Assembly (NCBI GenBank): GCA_040954595.2
Contig: CM082581.2
Coordinates: forward strand, 11,592,286-11,656,285
From: Balanoglossus misakiensis
Lineage: Eukaryota > Animalia > Hemichordata
Length of the DNA: 64,000 nucleotides
Direction of reading: 5' to 3'
A program made the translations under genes and the position numbers. Position 1 is the first letter of the stretch; each line of letters begins with the position of its first letter. Below the pieces are notes generated by a model. The model saw nothing but the letters and a program-made list of their open reading frames with translations. It was not told the DNA's origin and did no database searches. Below, piece by piece: positions 13,713 to 26,500 of the stretch.

Positions 13713-16700
13713 ATGTCTCAGGTGAGTAGACATTTTTGCAGGCTACCATATACAGTCAAACCTGTGTTAGTGGCCACCTGTATATGTTTCTGAAGCCATC
13801 TGAATAAGCAACTGACTTACAGCTACTTTTGTGTTTTATTTCAGCAGGTCTTGTATAAGGTGATTTATCGGCCACAAAGCACAGGCAAGCTCATCCATGA
13901 GCCAGTGTCAGCTAATGCATACATCTGTTCAATCTGCGATAAGGAATTTGATAAAGAGGTGTTAGTTCACCAACATCTCAGAGAACATAATATTCCGATA
14001 GCGTGTGATGAGACCGATTCTGGTTTGAAGGAAGAGACTAAACCTGCAGAAGTGGGCCAACAATCCAAGAAGTCCAGTCCAGATATCTCACCCAAACCAA
14101 GATTTGTACCAATAGCACCAAAGCCTTGTCATCATCATGCTATTCATCAAGCTGCTGTCAATCCTGCAGTAGGAGCCGCACCTTTAGAATCAACATCTTC
14201 AGGCACCACAGGAGTTGAACATGCAGTTCGAGCAGCACCCAATCAAACATCTGTCAGCTCTGCAATAAACTTACCAGTGCCTTCAACACTAACGTCAACT
14301 CCAAGTGCCAGCAACAACTCAAGAAACTCGCCAACGACATCAGCACCTGCTGTTAGCAGTGTGCCACCACCGATGTTATTGCCTAATCAGAAGGTTATCA
14401 CGTTTTCAGGTGCTCCAACTTCACCGGTTAAAGTATATCACTTAGCTGTGAGCAGCGCAGGCAATTCTACATTTCCAACACCAGCAACTGTTCAAGTGGT
14501 TAATACAAGCACCGCACCATTGCAGGCGTCATGGACTGACCAAAAAGTTATCACTATTCCAATCAGTCAAACACCTACCAGACCACAGCTTTATCAAGTG
14601 GTTTTGGAGAATACAGCAAAATTGTCATCACATACGCCTGACAAAGCTGTTGTTGAAAGGCCAGGGGCAAATGAATTTGTTCATCCAGCAGGCTGTTCTT
14701 CATCCAGTACTTTGTCACATTCAGCACAGCATGGTGAAGCTGCTACAACTGGTTCGGGAGTTGTGCCTGTGTTTAACCAGACTGCTGTCACCACTTCTGA
14801 TGGCGCAGTCACTCCAGCACCTGCCAACACTGTCGTTGACAGTGCATCTACTGCATCATCTTCAACCATGTCAAGGCAGGCACAGCCTCTAACGTTGAAT
14901 ACCTCCATTTTGGAGTCGGCAATGACACAAGAAAAACGCCCCAGCAAAGCACCAACTGAAGAGGCTATTGAGCAACCAGGTGAGGGCAGTGCCAGAGATG
15001 GGCAACAGAAAACTGCAATGAAGACAGCGTTGTCACAAGCAACGGAGAACACAACAGTGGAGACAACTTTACAAGATGTACCAACCAGGATGAAAGTGAC
15101 AACTCTGTCACAAAATGCACCGAAATCTACAGTGGAGACGTTTTCACAAGCTGCATCAACCACTTCAGTGGAGGCACCTTTGTCACAAGAACCACATAAC
15201 AAGACAATGGAGACAGCTTTACCACAAGATACACAGAATGCTACAGTGAAGACAACATTGTCACAAGAGGTACAGAACTCTACAATAGAGGCAGCTTCAG
15301 AACAGGAAGCAGAGAATACTTCTGAACATTTTCCTGAGTCAGGACAGCTCGGACAGGTTGAAAGTAACATGCCAACACAAAACGACAAGTTTACTTGGAT
15401 ACCTGTAGCTGGGACCAGGTGTGAAGTGGAGAGGTTCGGCAAGCCCATGAAAAGAGAAATTTTGCTTCTTTATGAAGATGTCAATATGAAGAGCCATGAT
15501 GAAGCAGAGCCACGTACATCTAAGGATGAGAAATCTTTTCAAGGCGTACCAGTATCACAACAGAGGGATGATGCAAACTTCGCAGTCAGGGGAGAACAAA
15601 GTGAAAGACTTTTCCACGGAAGAGATTTAATGAAAAAAGAAAATGTTGATCATTCCTCATATGATATTGAAAGTATTGTGAAGACTAGAGATGTGGAATG
15701 GCAAATCGGCAAAAACCTTCCATCTGACACTAATGATGAGAAATCATCTGGGTCATCAGCCAATAGATGTGATGCTGCAACACAGAAGATGGCACCCTCT
15801 GTGTTAGTGAATACCATCCCACCAATCCACACAAACCCACCATCCCAAGGAAAAACAGAGAAAGTGGAGGCAAACAGGGATCGACTGTCAACTTCATCAA
15901 CCGACACATGTGATTCTGCTGATCAAATCACTTCACCAGGGAGAGTTTCACCTGAGTTGTTTGCAAATGGATTTTCATGGAAGACAGACTTTGCACAAAA
16001 ACAATCACCAATGGCGGAACCAAAGATGAATCTCTCCAGAGATGCAATTCCAAAACAAGACACTGAAAACATGGCAACTGGGGGACTGTCAGTGCCACCA
16101 GCATCAGACGCAGGCAGTGCAAGATCTTCACAGATGTCTTCTCCAAAGGTTGTACATCAAGAAGGCGGTATTAGAAGTTCGGGACTTGAAAACCCAAGAG
16201 ATGAAGACACCGAATTTGTCAAATTTTCTCCTCTTGTCCCGAGCAAAGCTTCTTATCCCCCAGTTACTAACTCGTCTCTGGTGCAACGAAATAATTCAGT
16301 GATGAATGATGTGAGAAAAGAAGATGAAAAATCCTTTGCTTCCCCAGGAACTACTGTAATAGCTAGCCTTCTCAGCATGAAGCCAGGACCACCCCATCTG
16401 CCAAGAGCTGACTCTGAACTGAGCGCTGTCAATTCTGTGACAGAAGTTGAAACTGCAAGTCGTGTGGAAACCCGAGAATCAGTGTGTGCTGAGAGAACCG
16501 GTTCTCACCTGGAAAACAAGACAGTGATGTCTGCCGCCAATCAGAGACAGTCACAACCACATTTGAGTGCCACTCAAGCTCTCCTAGATTTTGTAAAGAG
16601 ACGAGCGCAAATGTTGCCACCCTCTGGTGAAACACATTCATCAGTACCCAATATACCTGACATACAACAATCGATGATGGCAAGGACACCACCATCCAGT

Positions 16701-19700
16701 ATGAGTGTGGAGAAATTTCCAGTGGCTGGAGCAGGGGCAGCTGCAATGTTCCCTGCATCACAGACAGTAACAGAAGAGGATACAAAATACCAGCCTGTGA
16801 AACAAGAAACGAATACACCAACATGTCCACCAGACCTAGTGATGGAGAGCGTACCAAATGCAGTCCAGAAAACAGAGCCATCGTCAACAGTAATGCCAAA
16901 GTTGTTCCCATCGTTAGACACACGAAATACAGCCCAGGTTGCAGGAAACGCAGTGGGACAATCAGCACCACTGACACCTTCAAGCCAACTTGAAAGTCTG
17001 CCGACGAGCATTAATGCTTCACCACAGTCACTAATCACACCAAGTTCAACTCAGGTGCATGTAATGCCACAGCAGTCAGTATCAACTGGGACAACTTCAG
17101 CAGAAACTGCAAGCGGTTCTACAACATCAGTGATGCCTTTGAAAGGAATAACATCAGGGCTAGCAGCAGTAGTGAATGATGAACTTAATGTTTCCATGCG
17201 TGGGAGTGAAATACACCCAAAACATGAGATTGTACCTGTGTGTGAAGCAAAAGATAGCGGTGGCCATGACATTGATCCGTCTGACCCTGATTGCAAAGCC
17301 AGTGATACTGCATCTAAATATTTGCACCAGGGCATCGTGACAACCCCGCAAACAGTGAAACAAGAGAAAAATGTTTGGGACAATATGACCACTGAAGGCA
17401 GCATCTACAGCATAGAGAGTCTCCTGGTTGGAGGTGATCTGACAACACAAACTCAATCAACCACTTCAACAGTTCTGGTAACTCAAACTCCACCAACCAC
17501 TACGGCAGTTCCAGTTACTCCAGCAGCAAGTATCGGTACAGCGGCTATGCCATCCCTTTGTCCAACAACCTTCAAGAGCGAAGAGAGCCAGAAGAGTAGA
17601 ACATCAGCGGCAAATAACAATCCGTCAACCCTCATCTTGACAACCTCCCCAACATCGACTCCAGCAGGGGACGATTCAGCAAGTAAACCGCAAACACCGT
17701 CAAGGACCAAGCTTCCTGGGGGAACAATCATCTCAGCACATCGGAGCAAAAGTAATGCGAACTGCGTGATGGTTTTCGTCAAAGTGCCAATCGGCGGGAG
17801 AGAGGGAAGACACAGGCAGTACAGGGAGATTAAATTGCAGATACCAAATGCACTTCTGAAGCAGAGCAACATTGTCACTATAATAACCCCCCTGATTTTA
17901 CCCTTGCTACAAACAGCTGAGAAAATTGTAAAGGAAAAGATTGAACCCAGCACAGCCCCAGAGGTGGAGTCGTTCCAGGAATCAATATTTACTGCTAGTT
18001 TGCTAAACCAACAGCCCAAAGAAGCTACGCCAAAATCTGACTTGAATTTGACTGCAAATAGGGATGTGGTTTTCAAGAGTGACAACAGTGGACAGATGTT
18101 GTGGGACATGTTACAGAACAGGAATGAAACCAGAGATCATCATGCAGCGGTACATGAACCGGTTGGAGAATCTACACCATGGACGTCAGTGAAGCAACCT
18201 GCAGTCAGTGTGAGTGCTGAAGAAGATGGAAGAGAAGCTGTTCCATGCCTGAAAGAAGGAATTGATGCAAAGGAAATGACGGCACCAACAAGCATGAGGG
18301 CATCAGAAGAAGTAACCTGTAATTCTCAATTGCTTCTGTCTCCCAAGGAAGAAGGGGACACTGCAACTTTTCTCGCCTTCTGTCCGGTTTGTGATTGGGG
18401 ATTTGCAAGCAGGGAGAAATACAAGAAGCATATGAAGACACACCAGAAGCGCTTCCAATGCAAGCACTGCCCATTCACAACCGATGGAGTGTGCCAGATC
18501 TCCAGCCACATGAAGTGCCACAGGGAGACTGAGGAAACAGAGACATCAGGAAAGAATACTACTGAGACCGTCGGAAGTACTCAGGCAATAGAAAGAGAGC
18601 CAGTTGGTGTCGGTGCTGGTGGAGGAGAAGGACAAGATAAAAAAGTCAGGCGAAAATACAGGAGGCATAGAAAGAAGGGATTCCAATGCAAGTGGTGTCC
18701 ATTCAGTGCTGATAGATTGACCCGGATTACCAGTCACATGCAGCGTTACCACATTGCTGAGAACGGAGGCGTATCTGGGGCAGTTGAGAGGACCGCAAAC
18801 AGGAAAGATGTTCAGGCAATAGAGTCAGCTGATGGTGGTGGTGCCCAAAAAGGAAGGAGAGATCCAGGTGGCAAGCGAAAATACAAGCCAAAATTCAGGA
18901 GGGTTGCTAAACGGACAGATAGCATCTTTCGCAAACGAAGAATTGTGAAGATACCAGTAAAACGGTCTAAAGAGCCATTGTTTGTCTGTAGTGTCTGTAA
19001 CAAAGATTACTGCTATGAATCATCATTCTTGAGACATTGTAAAAGTTGTACTCCTGATAGTGTGCCATTCATGTGTCCCAAATGTCCAAAGGCTTTCCCT
19101 TCACGTAGTCTTCTGGGACACCATGTTAAAGACCATGGATTGACCATGTGTGCTGATGGCAGAACATTTCCTACATCGGAGAGAAGTGATATTCACAAGG
19201 TGATCCAAGCAAGAGATGGTGGCAGTGATGAGCAAACTGGCGGAAAGAGCCTCTCTGAAGTACACAGGAAAGAGGGAGAAACTGTTCTGAGCAGTAGTAA
19301 TCAAGAAAAGAAGCCTGAAAATGACCGTGTGTGTGGAAGTGATGGAGACACAGTAACTGAAATCAACAGTATCTATGGAGATGTTGGAGGCAAGACAGCT
19401 GATGCGGCTCATGACAAGAAAAGGATGGTAAATGACAATGCCAGTCAGAGTGGTATGAAGGAAGAAGTTGTCAGTATCAGTGGAGATAACAGAATTAAGA
19501 CAACTGGAAGAAGCTGTGATAATGCAGAAGTGGCAAAGTTGACTACGACAGGCGATGGCCATGATCAGAGTGTAAAGGAGGATACTAGTGGTGCAGAATG
19601 GAAGAGTGGTGAACAGAAGTTATACGGAGGAAAAATACGTCATCCTAAAGAAGAAGTTGAGAAATTTGCAAATGTTGATGATGATGGTATCACCATTCCA

Positions 19701-21935
19701 AAGCACTCCATAGTTGCTCATGGTCGTCCCAGTGAAGATGCAGAGCTCAAGGGATTAACTCAAGTATCAAGTGCCATGACAGTTGGTGTTGCAGTCCGCG
19801 AGATTAGCCAGGACAACAAAAAGGATGTTAATGCAAGCGCAGTCTTTCAAACAGAGCTCAAATTCAACTGCAAGTTCTGCAATTTCAAGACCAATATGGC
19901 CAACCAAATGAGACTGCATAAAACCACAACTCACCGCCAGTGCAAATTGTGCAGTCTGTCAGTCATTGATTCAAAGACATTCCGCATGCACGTCAAATCT
20001 GCTCATGGCAAACGACCTTTCAACTGCGAATTGTGTCAACAGAGCTTCAGGGTCAGGCATCGATTGCGCTGCCATTACAGAACCCACAACAGACTGTTGT
20101 ACGACTGTGATTATTGTCCGTATTTCAGCTGCGATGCCCAGAAAATGCAACAGCATGTGGAGGAGTACCACGACACAGAGGAAAGACTCCACAACTGCAG
20201 CCAGTGCCAAATGGCGTTTGCAACTGTGCCCCAACTCCTGCGGCATGTCAAGCTCAGGCACAAATCAGTAGAGGAAGAGACTGGCTTTGACTCTGAAAGA
20301 AAGGAAACTAATCTTGATGGGAAAATCAAATGCAGAAACTGCAAATTTCAAGCCACTGATAAGGAAGAAATGATGAAACACGAGAAGGCCCACTGCAGTC
20401 AGCTTCTGGTCGTGATACAGAGTAAAGATATCAAGAAATACAGATGCTACCAGTGTGAATACCAGAGTGATGTAGTGACGGGTCTGATGAAGCATAAACA
20501 GTACCATGTAACCAAGGGAAGGAATTCGCTATTCCAGTGTAGTAATTGTCACAAGAACTGCTTTGGCCTGGACCATTATCACAAACACATGGCAGAATAT
20601 CACGACAGCGTTATACGGTGCGAGTTCTGCCCGCATGAGGCTTCCAGTGTAGAGTCCATCATTCTGCACCAGGAGGAGGTTCACTGTGTTGGCGCCCAGA
20701 GCCAGGATGGAGATCTCGCTGCAAGTTTACCAAAGAAGAGGAATATGCCCAGCAGCACTATCCAGTTGTCTGACAAACTTTCAGTTGACATCAGTGCGTC
20801 CAAATATCAGTTTCTTGGTCAGTCAAGCACTGTAACATCCAGTGAAAAGAAAGCATGTGAGTCTGTGACAAAACCGGCAAGAAAAAGAAGAATAAACTGT
20901 CCCTGGTTAAAAACCGGAAAAAGAAAGAAAAGGAGAAGGCAGAAGAGTCAGTGCAGCCTTGGTGGGATTGACCAATTGACAGAAGGCTTATCTAAAGAAG
21001 TGTCTGTACCTGTAGGAAGAGCTCCTGTGATTGGCAGGTCCATACGTCTTGCTGGGATTGATGAAGAGAAGGTACAGAAGAGTTTGACAGCAGTTTCGTA
21101 TTCTGAGGAGACTGAGTCAGGGATTGAGACAACAGAAACAGAGTCTGAAGGACCGAGAAGAGGTGTCGCCAGGAGTGATGCTCTGAAAGAATCAAGGAAG
21201 AGGAGAGCTAGACGTCACTGTCCGTGGGTTTCAGGCCGCAGGCGAAAGAACAGGAAAGGGGGCAGGGGCAGAAGGAAATCACAGAACTTGGAGCCCCAGA
21301 TATCGTCATCAGATGGAGCAAGTTTACAGACGGGAAGTCAAGTCGGTCAGGAATGTGCTCCTAATCAAGACGCCAGATTGAAGTCATTAAATGAAAGACC
21401 TGTTAACATTCCTGAGACCAGTATGGATGGTGTACAGTTGAGTGCACACGTCTTAAGGTCATCAGGATCTGCCCAGACGACAAACAATGAAGATTTGCAG
21501 AGTTTTACTTTTAGCAATAGTGTCACAGCTGTCGTAGATGGTGTTGTCTATCAGGGCTCGGATGTGGTGAGTTCTGTCGAGACGGAGACCTCCATTGCAT
21601 CATCCTCGGAACAGACTTCGCAAAACTCGGACAGGAGTGGCGCATCTGGGAGACGGAGAAACAAACGCAGCTGTCCATGGCTGTCGTCTGGCAAGAGACG
21701 TAGGAAGAAGACAAAGCAACAATCGCAAGTGTTGACAGTGGAGTCCACTGAGTTGCTGCAACCACGTTGGCTCAAAGAACAGCCTAGCTCCGTCAAGAAG
21801 CGATCATCTGGCAAAGGATGGAAGACAGACCACAAGAAGCCGTACATTTGTCGCTTTTGTTCCAGGGGATTTGACATTGCAGAGGAATATCAACGCCATC
21901 ATTTTAGGCACCTTCAGCCCTGGAATGAAAAATAA
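13713..21935 (+). CDS. Very large C2H2 zinc-finger protein (~2700 aa): short first coding exon 13713-13721 (MSQ) plus one ~8.1-kb exon starting at 13845 or 13848
   Basis: ATGTCTCAG|gtgagt, then a NAGNAG acceptor ttcag/cag in frame with the 2694-codon ORF. CxxC...HxxxH fingers: one N-terminal, clusters at ~18380-19140 and ~19860-20690, one C-terminal. Long S/T/P-rich disordered linker. Probable non-coding exon ending near 11325. Confidence 0.88.
15010..15320 (+). repeat. Degenerate 39-bp (13-aa) coding tandem repeat, consensus approximately TTVETxLSQxxxN, about 8 units
   Basis: TAMKTALSQ / TTVETTLQD / TRMKVTTLSQ / STVETFSQ / TSVEAPLSQ / KTMETALPQ / ATVKTTLSQ / STIEAASEQ in the ORF translation. 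Confidence 0.7.
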
Positions 21936-23550
21936 TCCTTTGCTAGTTTGCAAGAGCTGTAGAGCTTGTGTAACTGTGTGTGCTTATTACACAGATCTAA
22001 TCTCATCAAAAATTTATAAAGTCTCGGTATTTGATTTTTTAACAATATTTTTTCCTTGTGGAAATTATTGACAAGGACAATTTGCAGTGACATTAATCTC
22101 ACGATTGAACTTTTAAAATTCGGATTCAAATTAAACACTGTTTATTTTCATGACAAAAGCATGACTTAACCTCTCCTGAATGTGTTTGTCTGCCTGATTT
22201 CAAATTTTAACTGTCATTCTCCAAACAGTTTACATGACCAAGTTGTACCATTTATCATTCAACAGGCATTATTTGGAGAGAAAAAAATTGTGTTATTGAT
22301 TTTGGTATATGTTGTCATGACCAAAGAGATTTGATATTGGTCTTACAATGAATTTGATCTAATAGCGACTACAGTGTACATGTTTACCCTTTTTGCGAAA
22401 AGTTAACCTGCCAATTTTAAAGGTCCGCCTCGTTATACATGTATTAGTAAAAATGTACTGTTCAATGTTATGAGTTATGAAGAAATGTTGAAAACTTGCA
22501 GGGTTTCTTTCTTGTTCTAAAGCATGATATGAATATCAACAAATGCAAGTCTCTGTTTTAAGAGAAGTGTTCGTTTTTATATTACTATGTATCTCTTAAA
22601 ATTTTATCAGATACTTAGTACAATGTTTCATTTTCCTTGTGGTTTGTTACTTCAGATAAAGTTGACGTCATTCCAGATTATAAAGTGTGTGGTGGTATTT
22701 ACATTCATGAACTGAAGATCTCTTGCAGTGGCATTTTGGGAATACACTCAGCTTAGAAAACCACCATAGGCAGATTTCTGGACATGCCTGTAAGTGAAAA
22801 ATCTTCCAATTTTGATTATAATTTAAGAAAAAATACACAACACGCTTGTTTGTTAGATAACTGAGTTTTATTTCATAATTCTTATTCCAGTTGACCTGCA
22901 AGCCAATGTATTCAAAGTGCAATGTCAACAGACATGCATAACATCTCTCCCTTTATTTCTTACATCCAAATATAAACTATAGAAAATGCTGTTTAGAAGA
23001 ATTTTAATCTAGCACCAGCTGCCAATCACTCTGAATGGAATTTTTGCTAAAAGGGTTTCCCAAGTGAAGTATCCCACTACCAGAACCTCTGTAACAAAAT
23101 ATTAAGTCAAGCATTTTACCGAGAAAGGTCTCTGCCAAGGGGACTGTTTGGTCAATTAACGTCCAGAACTATGAAAAAGGCTGTCCATGGATAACTGTCT
23201 GGAATGATGATCAGTGTTCATGATTCATGTTGTGGTACAAGATTGTATACATTTGTCTAAAATCTGAATATGGTGACTGTTGACATCTGACAAAATTAAA
23301 CTTTAGAATTACATTCCACAGAGTCAGACATTAAACATAAAAAACATTCAATTATGATTTCTGCTTTTTAAATTTTCATTTACGTGAACTGAATATGCCA
23401 CAAATTAAATTGTCTCTTCAGATAGCAGAAAGTGCTAAATTTCAGTTTCTGGTTTGTTGACTTATGTACATGGAAAATATGACTCGGGAAGTCACAAGGC
23501 TTGAAAATGGCCCATAGATACCAGCTTGGTTGTCATGGCTGATAGATAAA

Positions 23551-26500
23551 TTAGTAGGTGACAGTCCAGAATTTAACGCAGCTGTCCTGACTGGTGGACA
23601 AAATAGTGTTACTGTCAAGCCAGCCAATGGATGTAATCTGACTCATTGGATGTGCACCTGGGGAAAAATGGAAAAGCAAAGTTGATTGGTTAGTACTGCA
23701 CTGATCACATGCCCAGCAGTTGTCTTCAAGAAGAGTACATGTTCCAGGAAAGTCTCTTGACAACACACATAACTACATCATGTATGGAAACTCTGAACTT
23801 CGGACAAACCTTTGATTATGATACGTTCCAACTGGTTCTCAGTATTCCACACGATGATGTTGGTATCCAGAGACCCCGATGCGATGTGAATGTTATCTGG
23901 AGACCAAGCCAGACAGTTGACGCGTGCTGTGTGGTAGACCCACCTCGATCCCAGAGACTGCAAAATTCAAGAAGTCAAATTCAGACATGGAGGTGAGGTA
24001 GTTCAAAGTCTAGTTCACCTTTCAAACATGGTATACATTTGTTGGTGACTTGTGTAAAAGAGAGTGTTGCTAACACGTCATGAGGTATAAAATCCTACCG
24101 TGTAGCCGTCTGTGTTGAAGGCAGTGACATGTCTGCCTGTATCAGAGGCGGCTAAATAAGCACCATCTGGGGAATATGCCAGTTGTGTGATAGAACCGTA
24201 GCAGGTTAGATTGTGAGACGCGTCTTCGAGCGTGTCACCGTTGAGTTTGTAAATACGTATGTCGTGATCCTGTGGGTCAAATCAGGTAGAATAGTGTTGA
24301 GTGATTGTATGGCAACAGTTAACAGATACTGGGGGACATTTGTGAGGTCAACAGTTTTTTTTATATCTTTCTACAAATACCTCTAGGAAGATAAGACTCA
24401 AATTGTTCACCTTATGAGCACCAATAGCAACCTCAGTCTGTGCAGGGTTGATGGCCACAGCACTTGGCTCGTAGGTTTGTGGCTGGCTGAACACCTTCTG
24501 ACCGTTTCTGTACACAACAACCTGTAAGATAAGAATCACAGAGCAGAGATATTGCATTACCAGAACTTTCTCTACACTACCACTGTTACTTCATATTACC
24601 GGTATAACAATGGTTCTAGGACAGTCACCCCCTGAACATCAACCCACCAACACATCATTTCAAGTGGTGATACTTACTGCATTGAGCAACGCTGCCACAA
24701 CTAATCCATCTTTACCATTTGCCACAGCTTGTGGCTGAGCATCCAAACCAACAGAGTTGCTGTGGGGTAATGAATGATACATTGCAAGGTTAGTGGGTCA
24801 AAGAATCTGGAGGCCTTAACTTGTATCGTTTCAAGATGCAGGGGGAAGAAAGAGTTTGTGGTGGTGGTGATAATCACCATAACCTATTATCAGTAGAACC
24901 TAACAAGTGGCCTTATTCAAACAGTCATAGACTCGCTGATGTCTCTTGCAAACTTGGCAGAGCTTAGCAGTAACCCACAACTCTACAGTTCCAGATTTCA
25001 TCAAGATGGCGTCCTACCTGAACTGCTTAGTGGCGTCATCAATAACCTTCATGGTGTCGTCCATACCCACTGTGACCAAAACACCATCATTGATGGACAT
25101 ATCCGAGACTTGATTGGTGTGTCCTTGCCCCTGTACAGGCTCTGCTACACCAGACTTTGGATTCCAATAATGTGCAGAAAATGGTTAAGGAGTGTGTGAC
25201 ACAATGTTCATTGACATACAGTCAGCAACTTGGCCTGTCTTTCCTCCCGTTTGACTCTGGGTAGTTTGATTTTGAGAGGAGACAGTTGGCTGCATCATAG
25301 TTAAAGCCAACACTAAAATCGTCAGGCCAGATATAAATTACACAATGGAGCCAAGCCTGATAAGGACCTGAGGAGATAAGTTTTAGCTTGAACAAACTGC
25401 TGACATCCTGAGAGATCAAAATGATTGAAAGGATATTAATGAGACCGTCGCTAGCACCGGTGTAAAAAGTGGATTTATCTTCTGTTATTGCCATTGACGT
25501 GATTGGTTTATTGTGTCCCTGAAAGACAAAAGCATATTTCATAACAGCCCACCTTTCAATGAAAGTCATATTTCATTGTTTTTCCAACTACTGCGACAAC
25601 CATCATTTTAATGTGCTCGCTGTCATCAGAGAATAAGTCAGTTTGACCTTATATTCCAGGGACCTGGGCTGATACTGTAACAAAGGGCTTGGATGTGTAA
25701 TGCCACACATAGTTCATAAAATGGATGACTTTTAATCAATATGTTACCTTGACAACTCTGATAGGTGTGGCTGGATTATTCTTGTCTAGGTAGTTGATAT
25801 TACCGGACAGAGACACTGAAAGTAGGTGATCCCCTTGCCACAGACAACCAACTTGTTGATCCAACACAGTGGTACCCAATACGAATTCACTGCAGAAATA
25901 TTACAACACAAGACAAATTACTGGTGTAGATCTTTACCTGAAAATATACCTCAAGAAGAGTTTTCAGAAAACTTGATGTGGAGGCATAGAGTAAAGACAG
26001 TATTTTGCAACTGAGGTATCTATGGCGACTATACTTACGTGACTAGCTGGTTTTGTCCAACATCCCATATCTTGGCAGTTTTATCAGCTGAAGTTGTCAA
26101 CAAATGGGTACTGTCTGCACTCCAACTCAACTAAAAAGTAGTTCAAAAAATAGCATCAAGGACACTGTACTCCCGTTTACCTTTGCAGTGACATACATAC
26201 ACACACACATATATGCACGTAATACATGTTCAGCCAACAAGATAACCCCTGGCTGCCATACTCGACTTGGAAAAGAAAAGAGAAGCTAAAACGATATACA
26301 TTTTGTGTCAACCTATCCATCCCAACAAAAGCAAATCCTAGCCATTGAACTCAAACACAACCATCCAACCCTGTCACTTACCCCATAGATGCCACCAGCA
26401 TGGGCACTCTTTGCACCATCACTTCCCAACTCTCCCAGCTTCTCACCAGTTTTACCATCATAGATGAAACTCTGAGAAAACACAGCGATCACAATTTAGC

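Noticed and set aside
13750-13820. TACAGTCAAACCTG... transposon-like end in a zinc-finger gene intron
   Set aside because: Only one terminus is visible, with no matching inverted repeat; at most an old fragment.
14681-21877. Many 60-255 aa alternative-frame and antisense ORFs within the zinc-finger exon
   Set aside because: Expected by-products of a long coding exon; no recognisable motifs or splice support.
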